DNA from: Candidatus Eremiobacteria bacterium
GTDB taxonomy: Bacteria; Vulcanimicrobiota; Vulcanimicrobiia; Vulcanimicrobiales; Vulcanimicrobiaceae
DNA: 64,000 nucleotides
Assembly: GCA_963737065.1 (NCBI GenBank)
Contig: CAVTRC010000001.1
Coordinates: 224,001 to 288,000 of the forward strand
Reading direction: 5' to 3'
The notes beneath the pieces were generated by a model. It saw only the letters and a list, made by a program, of their open reading frames with translations. It ran no database searches and was not told the origin of the DNA. The translations under genes were made by a program, and so were the position numbers. This document shows positions 57,611 through 64,000 of the stretch, in pieces. Position 1 is the first letter of the stretch; the number at the start of each line of letters is the position of its first letter.

Positions 57611-57925
57611 ATGCCAAAGCCTGATGATATTCGCGAAGCCCTTAGTTCCGTTCAAGACCCCGAACTGATGATCGGCGCCGTCGATCTCGGATTGATTTAT
57701 GGGATCGAGTGCGCCGGCGACACCGGCGAACACGTTTCCGTGACAATGACATTTACCTCGCCGATGTGCCCGGTCGGCCCGGAATTCAAGCAAGCCGTCG
57801 AAGCAAAGGCGAAATCCGTCCAGGGCGTTGAGTCCGTCAAGGTTGACGTGACGTTCACTCCGCCGTGGGATCCCCGTACGATGGCGAGCGAAGATGCAAA
57901 ATTCGACCTCGGGATATGGTTCTAG
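57611..57925 (+). CDS. sufT: DUF59/SufT Fe-S cluster maturation protein
   Basis: VQDPEL..VDLGLIY, MTFTSPMCP and FTPPWDP. Confidence 0.9.
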   Translation: MPKPDDIREALSSVQDPELMIGAVDLGLIYGIECAGDTGEHVSVTMTFTSPMCPVGPEFKQAVEAKAKSVQGVESVKVDVTFTPPWDPRTMASEDAKFDLGIWF

Positions 57926-57939
57926 GAGCAAGACGAATC

Positions 57940-58110
57940 GTGCTGGGCTATTGTGTGATCTGTCAAACCAAGTGCGAGCTGCGCGACCTCAAGCAAATTC
58001 AACGCAGTGGCTTACCGGCCGTTGAGGGCACCTGTACGGCCTGCGGCACGAAAACATTCCTTCTCGGCGCCGAAGTACCGACGCCGGAGGATGCGCCTAG
58101 CCCAGAATGA
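57940..58110 (+). CDS. DUF5679-like zinc-ribbon small protein
   Basis: YCVICQTK..GTCTACGTKTF; AGGAG RBS. Confidence 0.7.
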   Translation: MLGYCVICQTKCELRDLKQIQRSGLPAVEGTCTACGTKTFLLGAEVPTPEDAPSPE

Positions 58111-59128
58111 TCCAGCGGCGCGTGATCCACACCAGCAGGGGGATCGTAATCGCCGAAATGCCGCCGATCATCGCGACAAGGAGCAATGTCGAGGCGACCG
58201 ACGCGTTCCCGCCGCAGAACGCGACGAGATTCGCAACCGTCGCAAACCAGAAACGGCGGAGCGGATTGGACGATAAGCCCGCGATGTTGTTCGCCATCGC
58301 AACGACATCGTCCGGATTCCAATCCGCAGTCTGCACCACGTCGTGAATCACGCCGTGACGATCCAGCAACGCCAAGCGGACGTCGTGTATATAGCTTGCC
58401 GAGCCGCTCGCGATCGATGAAACGCCGAACGCGTCTATAACGTCCTTTACTTGAGCCGGCTCTCCGGTGACGATCGACCAAATGCGCGGATCGGCGCCGA
58501 ATGTTTTTCCGTAATCCGACAGAACGGCCGGTGAGTCGTACACCGGATCGAGCGTCACTTCGACGAGACGGAAAAAGCGTGGATCGAGATGACTCTGCAG
58601 ATACGCAAACTTTCCGCTGATCGCGGGGCAGACCGTTTTATCGGGACAACGGCTAAAGACAAAGCTCAAGATGGTAATCTTGCCGTCGACCCGGTCCAGC
58701 CGGAACGGTGCCCCGGTCTGATCGACGAGCGTGTACGCCGGTGCCCGATCGCCCGTGGTCAGAATGTGCTTCACGGTGGGGTTCTGCGTGCCGGCGATGA
58801 ATCGCGGCGCTGCGACCGGCGCTTGATAGAACTCAAGACCGGTGCCGTGACGCACGATCAGCGCGTCGACTTCCGTCCCGGGAGCCGGAACGCGCGATTT
58901 GCGCGGCATGCGCACCGCGTACACGCCTCCCGGAAGCATTCTCGGCACGCCGAAAACGCGCATGATGATGCGTCCGCTTGCGAGGGGTGAAAGCACGTAC
59001 CCGTGCACCGGAATCAGTTCAGCCGCCGAGCTGATTTGCGTCGAAGCGAACAAGACACCAAGCGTGAGTGCGGTTTGAAGGATCGCACTTCGCACGAGGC
59101 TCGACAAGCGTTTGTTGGGTGAAACCAT
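58097..59128 (-). CDS. SCO family copper chaperone
   Basis: FVFSRCPDKTVCP, VTLDPVYD and a conserved His. Confidence 0.88.
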   Translation of the reverse strand: MVSPNKRLSSLVRSAILQTALTLGVLFASTQISSAAELIPVHGYVLSPLASGRIIMRVFGVPRMLPGGVYAVRMPRKSRVPAPGTEVDALIVRHGTGLEFYQAPVAAPRFIAGTQNPTVKHILTTGDRAPAYTLVDQTGAPFRLDRVDGKITILSFVFSRCPDKTVCPAISGKFAYLQSHLDPRFFRLVEVTLDPVYDSPAVLSDYGKTFGADPRIWSIVTGEPAQVKDVIDAFGVSSIASGSASYIHDVRLALLDRHGVIHDVVQTADWNPDDVVAMANNIAGLSSNPLRRFWFATVANLVAFCGGNASVASTLLLVAMIGGISAITIPLLVWITRRWIILG

Positions 59129-59205
59129 GGCGAAGATACGAATTTATAGGCGAAAGCAGTGATTCCCTCGAATGCGCGCGTAACGCGAATTACGGGGTAA
59201 CGACG

Positions 59206-59499
59206 ATGATTACCGCACCGACGAAGCAAGACCCGAATCTCGCCTATGCACGCCGCGTGTTCGAAGCATTGGGCAACGGCAACGCGGCACGGCTCGATAA
59301 CGCACTCGCCCGGAACTCGATGAACGATCAGTTGATCGAGTACTTTCGCATGCTGCGCGAGCAGACGGGACGCGCGTACCAACTGGTGCCCGGTGCGTTC
59401 GCGGCATCCGGCGACAAAGTGCTTCGCCTCACGATCGCCGGCGGGAAAACCGTTGAAGTCTCAAATCACGTGGAGGTCTGCCGGCGCCGCGGTTCGTAG
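59206..59499 (+). CDS. Hypothetical protein (SnoaL/NTF2-like)
   Basis: NLAYARRVFEALGNGN..AASGDKV. Confidence 0.5.
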   Translation: MITAPTKQDPNLAYARRVFEALGNGNAARLDNALARNSMNDQLIEYFRMLREQTGRAYQLVPGAFAASGDKVLRLTIAGGKTVEVSNHVEVCRRRGS

Positions 59500-59504
59500 C
59501 TCCG

Positions 59505-60698
59505 GTGCGACAAACCGGTCCGCGTGCTCGGTCGACGGCGCTGCTGCTTTCGACGCTCGCTTTTGCGGTCTGCTTTTACGGATGGACGCTTTACGGTCCG
59601 CTCGCACCCGCGTTACAAACGACGCTGCGCCTTAATGACGTTCAGGTAGGGTGGCTCGTCGCGATCCCCGTTGTGCTCGGATCGCTGATGCGTATACCGC
59701 TGGGTTTTCTCAGCCAGCGATTCGGCGGCCGCATCGTATTCGTTGCGCTGATGGCGTTTGCACTCGTGCCGCTTCTGGCGATCATCGCATGGCACGAGTC
59801 GTATACCGCGTTGCTCGCGTTCGGCTTATTGCTCGGCTTCGCCGGTGCTTCGTTCGCGGTCGGCGTTCCATTCGTCAATGATTGGTATCCGCCGCAGCAG
59901 CGCGGATTCGCGCTCGGGATCTATGGCGCCGGGACCGGCGGAACCGTCATCGCGGGTTTGACCGCTCCACGGCTAGCCGCGGCGTACGGCATATCGGCTC
60001 CCTTCGTGCTCGCCGCGGTGCTCGTCGGGGCGATGCTCGTCATCTTCACGCTCTTTGCGCGCAATGCACCAAACGTCGAGCCGTCAACGGGCAGCTTCGC
60101 CTCGACTTTCGACGTCTTTCGCAAGAGTTTTCGCGCGTGGACGCTCGCCCTCGTCTACTTCGTGACCTTCGGCGGCTTTGTTGCGATGTTTCTTTACCTT
60201 CCGCAGATTCTCGTCGGCGTCTACGCGTTGTCGAAAACGGACGCGGGAGCGCGTGCTGCGGGGTTTGCACTCGTCTCGGTGCTCGCGCGTCCCATCGGCG
60301 GCGCGCTCGCGGACCGATTCGGCGCGGAACGTGTTCTCGTCTACGCGCTGGCATGGGCGGTTGCGGTGGCGGCTCTGCTCGGTGCAACGTACACGTGGAT
60401 GGCCTTCTTCACCGCATGTTGCTTGACGCTCGCAGCAGCGTTCGGCGCAGGCAGCGGCGCGGTGTTCAAGATCGTCGGCAGCGAATTTCCGAAGAGCGTG
60501 GGAGCCGTCACCGGAGTCGTCGGCGCGACGGGCGGCCTCGGCGGTTTCTTTCCGCCGATCGTCATGGGAATCGTCAAGGCCTACACCGGTTCGTATGCTT
60601 TGGGTTTCGCGCTGATGGGCGTGATGTGCGCCGTATGTCTCGCGCTGCTGCTCCCGAGACGCGAGCACGACATCAGCACCGGAAAACCGACGCTATGA
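59505..60698 (+). CDS. narK: NarK/NasA-family nitrate/nitrite MFS transporter
   Basis: GSLMRIPLG, GFAGASF, YFVTFGGFVA, ARPIGGALADRFG and GGLGGFFPP. Confidence 0.93.
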   Translation: MRQTGPRARSTALLLSTLAFAVCFYGWTLYGPLAPALQTTLRLNDVQVGWLVAIPVVLGSLMRIPLGFLSQRFGGRIVFVALMAFALVPLLAIIAWHESYTALLAFGLLLGFAGASFAVGVPFVNDWYPPQQRGFALGIYGAGTGGTVIAGLTAPRLAAAYGISAPFVLAAVLVGAMLVIFTLFARNAPNVEPSTGSFASTFDVFRKSFRAWTLALVYFVTFGGFVAMFLYLPQILVGVYALSKTDAGARAAGFALVSVLARPIGGALADRFGAERVLVYALAWAVAVAALLGATYTWMAFFTACCLTLAAAFGAGSGAVFKIVGSEFPKSVGAVTGVVGATGGLGGFFPPIVMGIVKAYTGSYALGFALMGVMCAVCLALLLPRREHDISTGKPTL

Positions 60699-60709
60699 TT
60701 GGTGACTAT

Positions 60710-61327
60710 TTACTGCGCGAAGACGGCGTCCGGAATATCGGGATTGATTTTGTAGTCCGAAAGGCTTGACGTAATCGTCCCCTTATACTGCGGTTCGTCG
60801 ACGACGCCGTTCTGCGAGGTGACGAGGATATACCCTTTGACGTTGCCGTACGCGTTGGTCATCTGCGCGGTGCCCCCGTTGGCGTACGTCCACTTCATCG
60901 ACGTCACGACCGCGCGCTTGTCATCGGCAACCGCATCGATTTCTTGAACGTTGCCCTGCTCTTTCGGAACGAGCTTGAAGTGCGCGGCCGTGCCGTCGTC
61001 GGAGATTTTCGTGATGGTGAACACGGCGTTCCATTGAGAAGGCGGAACGATGCGGGGGTAGAGCTGACTGAATTGCTGCGCGATTCCCGGCAACCCGCTC
61101 GTGATCGAAAGCTTGTCGCGGTCCGGATCCTTATGATAGTACGTCGCCATTAGGTCGGTGGAGAGATACGGGAACGTCGTCATCGCGACGTGCGCCTTCA
61201 TCGTCGCCGTATACGAATGGAGGTTGGCGTTCACCGCGCTCATCCGCGCGAGCAGATCGTCTTGCGCACGCGTCGCAGCGGGGATTGACGCGGCCAGGAT
61301 CGCGAGCACGCACAGTACCGGCTTCAT
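60710..61327 (-). CDS. Exported LolA-like/periplasmic protein
   Basis: Signal peptide and C-terminal DYKINPDIPDAVF. Confidence 0.65.
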   Translation of the reverse strand: MKPVLCVLAILAASIPAATRAQDDLLARMSAVNANLHSYTATMKAHVAMTTFPYLSTDLMATYYHKDPDRDKLSITSGLPGIAQQFSQLYPRIVPPSQWNAVFTITKISDDGTAAHFKLVPKEQGNVQEIDAVADDKRAVVTSMKWTYANGGTAQMTNAYGNVKGYILVTSQNGVVDEPQYKGTITSSLSDYKINPDIPDAVFAQ

Positions 61328-62514
61328 GTAGTGCGTAACGTTGCGTCGTCGACGAAGGGTTCCAGCGCGCCGAAGACTTCCGAGCGTACGCCCGGGTCTT
61401 CTTCGACCGCGTAGTGCGCGCGCAAGTGCGCGATCGCGGGCGGCGAACCGATGCGGCCGAGCGCCCACGCCGCCGCGCTTCTTACCATCGCATGCGGATC
61501 GTCCGCTAACGCTTGCGCGAGCGCAGCGACCGCACTGCGATCGAGCGAATTTCCAAGCGCAAGCGCTGCATTGCGCCGCAAAACGGCTGCCCCGCGCCAT
61601 CCCATTGCGGTCCGCGCATAGCGGCGTTTGAATTCGCCGCTGCGCAATCGTAAGAGCCGGTCAAGCTGCGGCGCACCCGTCGCGGCATCGTACGGTTCGA
61701 AACGCTCGTCGCCGCGGTGGCGCGCCCGCATCGTGGGAGGACAGACGTCCTGGCATATATCGCAGCCCCATATCCAGTCGCCGAGCAGCGGTCGCATCTC
61801 ACGCGGAATCATGTCGGTGCGTTGCGTTAAATCGGCAATGCAGCGATTGGCGTCGATCGTATAGTCGCCGCGCAATGCACCGGTCGGACATGCGTCGACG
61901 CATCGCGTGCATGTACCGCAGCTCTTACGCAGCGGTGGATCGAGCGGCAAGTCCAGCGTGGTAATCAACTCGCCGAGGAACACGAACGAGCCGGCACGCG
62001 GCGAAATAAGGTTCGTGTGCTTTCCGATCCATCCGAGTCCGGCTCGCGCCGCAAATGCTCGCTCGGCGATCGGTTTCGTGTCGCACGCGATTGCCGTCAC
62101 GGCCGCGCCGGCGAATCGGTCGACGATCGCGGAGAGCTCGCGAAGCAGCGACCGCATCCGATGGTGATAATCCTCGGACCACGCGTAGTTCGATACGCGC
62201 CCATGGAGCCGGGTACGCGGCGCGGGCGGCGTCGCATACGGCACTGCGACACAAATGATGCTTCGCGCGCCCGCGAGCACCGTATCGGGATCGCTTGCGG
62301 CACGTGCATAGCGTTCGTCGTACGGCCACGTGGCGAGATCGCGACGCGCGAACGATGCGCGCAAGCGCGCGCGCAGTTCGTGATCGATCGACGCCTGCGT
62401 TACGCGAACGTCGACGGCTCCGCGAGCGCGTGCTTCGGCGACGATTCGCTCCTTGAGCGCTTCGCCGTCAGAGCGTTGCGATTGGGCGCTTGCGTCCGAG
62501 AGGGAACGCTGCAT
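61324..62514 (-). CDS. queG: Epoxyqueuosine reductase QueG (start uncertain)
   Basis: YAWSEDYH, AGLGWIGKH, CGTCTRCVDACPT, IWGCDICQDVCP and HEAT repeats. Confidence 0.93.
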   Translation of the reverse strand: MQRSLSDASAQSQRSDGEALKERIVAEARARGAVDVRVTQASIDHELRARLRASFARRDLATWPYDERYARAASDPDTVLAGARSIICVAVPYATPPAPRTRLHGRVSNYAWSEDYHHRMRSLLRELSAIVDRFAGAAVTAIACDTKPIAERAFAARAGLGWIGKHTNLISPRAGSFVFLGELITTLDLPLDPPLRKSCGTCTRCVDACPTGALRGDYTIDANRCIADLTQRTDMIPREMRPLLGDWIWGCDICQDVCPPTMRARHRGDERFEPYDAATGAPQLDRLLRLRSGEFKRRYARTAMGWRGAAVLRRNAALALGNSLDRSAVAALAQALADDPHAMVRSAAAWALGRIGSPPAIAHLRAHYAVEEDPGVRSEVFGALEPFVDDATLRTT

Positions 62515-63319
62515 CGATCTCCTCGATGTCGTGCGCATCGAGCTTGAGGGCGCCCGCGCGCGCGTTGTCCTCAACGTGCGCGACGGTCGACGCCTTCGGA
62601 ATCGTGAACACGTTGGGATGACGCGTGAGAAACGCGAGAACGACCTGACGCGGCGTCGCGCCGTGCTTTGCGGCGATACGCCCCAGAACGCCCTCCGGCG
62701 CCGTCGCTTCGCGCGGAAATCGCCCGCGACCGAACGGTGTGTACGCGACGATCGCGACATCGTGCTGTGCCGCCGTTTCAATCAACTCGTGCTCGGGGCC
62801 GCGCTCCTTTAGATGATACAGCACTTGGTTGCACGCGAGCGGAACGTTGTCGAGGTGGCGTTCGGCTTCGAGCATGTCGTCGACGTCGAAGTTGCTGATG
62901 CCGGCGAAGCGAATCTTTCCTTCACGTACGAGTTCCGCAAGTGCGCGCATCGTCTCTTCCAACGGCACGTCGCTCGGCCAATGCAACAGGTAGAGATCCA
63001 AGTACTCCAGCCGCAATCGCCGAAGACTGCGCTCGCATGCAGCAATGGTCTTACTGTACGTCGCGTTTGCGGGCAAGACTTTACTCGTAACAAAGATCGT
63101 TTCGCGCGGTATGTCGCGTATTGCGTCGCCGAGAATGCGTTCGACCGCACCGCCGCCGTACATTTCCGCGGTATCGAGGTGCGTCATGCCGAGTTCGATT
63201 CCGCGCCTGATCGCCCGCTTTGCCTCGTCAACGGCAGCACCGCTTTCCGGAATGTCCCACGTGCCTTGGCCGATGACGGGCAGGTCGATGCCGGTCGCTC
63301 CGAAAGGTTTCTTGCGCAT
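62468..63319 (-). CDS. Aldo/keto reductase
   Basis: IGQGTW, LDTAEMYG, DLYLLHWP and IPKAST. Confidence 0.93.
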   Translation of the reverse strand: MRKKPFGATGIDLPVIGQGTWDIPESGAAVDEAKRAIRRGIELGMTHLDTAEMYGGGAVERILGDAIRDIPRETIFVTSKVLPANATYSKTIAACERSLRRLRLEYLDLYLLHWPSDVPLEETMRALAELVREGKIRFAGISNFDVDDMLEAERHLDNVPLACNQVLYHLKERGPEHELIETAAQHDVAIVAYTPFGRGRFPREATAPEGVLGRIAAKHGATPRQVVLAFLTRHPNVFTIPKASTVAHVEDNARAGALKLDAHDIEEIDAAFPLGRKRPIATL

Positions 63320-63330
63320 CGGTTGCCTGT

Positions 63331-64000
63331 CTAATACAGCGTGAAATCGTCGTGGGCTGCGGCATATGCGAGCAAGCCGCCGCGCAAGTGTCGTACCCGC
63401 GTGAAGCCGGCATCACGCAAGCGACGTGCCGCCCACAGCGATTTTGCGCCGACGCGACACGCGACGACATACCGTCGCGCGCTATCGAGTTCGTGAAGCC
63501 GTGCCTCCAATTCCGACGCTGGAACGTGCAGGGCGCCCTCAACGCGCGCAACGATGACTTCATGCGGTTCGCGCACATCGAGGAGCAGCGCATCCGTCAG
63601 CGCATCGTCGAGTGCGGAAGGCTCCACTTCATCGTCGTCTCGCTCTTCTTCGTCTTCGTGGAGGACGGCGTCGCGGATGACCGGCGTATCGCCGCACACC
63701 GCACACTGCGTATCGCGCTCAAACCGAACCTCGCGCGTGCGCGCGCCGAGGCTCTCCACGAGCAACAGACGGCCGACGAGCGGTTCTCCGATGCCTACGA
63801 TCGTCTTGATCGCTTCGTTGGCTTGCCATGCACCGACGAGCCCCGCAAGGACCCCGAGAACGCCGCCCTCCGCGCACGTCGGCACCGTTCCGGCGGGCGG
63901 CGCGTCGGGATACAAGCACCGATAACACGGACCGCCGGACGAACCGAACACGCTCACCTGTCCGTCGAAACGGAAAATTGACGCATATACGTCGGGCTTG
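63331..64000 (-). CDS. moeB: Molybdopterin-synthase adenylyltransferase MoeB/MoeZ with rhodanese domain (5' end off the window)
   Basis: GPCYRCLYP, CAEGGVLG, CAVCG, LLDVREPHE and HLRGGL. Confidence 0.92.
   Translation of the reverse strand, partial: KPDVYASIFRFDGQVSVFGSSGGPCYRCLYPDAPPAGTVPTCAEGGVLGVLAGLVGAWQANEAIKTIVGIGEPLVGRLLLVESLGARTREVRFERDTQCAVCGDTPVIRDAVLHEDEEERDDDEVEPSALDDALTDALLLDVREPHEVIVARVEGALHVPASELEARLHELDSARRYVVACRVGAKSLWAARRLRDAGFTRVRHLRGGLLAYAAAHDDFTLY

Noticed and set aside
57318..57617. Minus-strand ORF between HiPIP and sufT
   Set aside because: No recognisable motif or clear RBS; cannot be supported from sequence alone

Overview
High-GC bacterial chromosome segment. The diderm-type flagellum (FlgH/FlgI) together with a Firmicutes-like FliW-CsrA-flagellin module suggests a diderm Terrabacterium, possibly Vulcanimicrobiota/Eremiobacterota (WPS-2); this is inference and was not checked. 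Layout: (1) 1-21.3 kb, a minus-strand flagellar cluster (flgBC-fliE-flgFGAHIJNKL-fliW-csrA-fliC, three glycosyltransferase units, flaG-fliD) with four sigma28-type promoters; (2) 21-28 kb, ABC transporter, photolyase, cytochrome c, GNAT, and an ECF sigma with an anti-sigma/TonB fusion; (3) 28.6-41.3 kb, moaA, a GAF-BTAD (SARP-like) regulator, and a diheme cytochrome c-narG/H/J/I-like operon followed by HPP and formate/nitrite transporters; (4) 43-58 kb, MoxR cluster, A2-type caa3 oxidase, heme A synthase, HiPIP; (5) 58-64 kb, SCO, NarK, queG, aldo-keto reductase, moeB. Top finding: the molybdoenzyme closely resembles the cytoplasmic nitrite oxidoreductase (NXR) of Nitrobacter/Nitrolancea (recognised from memory, no search run), making this a candidate nitrite-oxidation system in an unexpected lineage. 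An 11-bp-period direct repeat at the nxr/nar, cox and ctaA promoters suggests co-regulation with aerobic respiration. No rRNA, tRNA, CRISPR array or mobile element was recognised.
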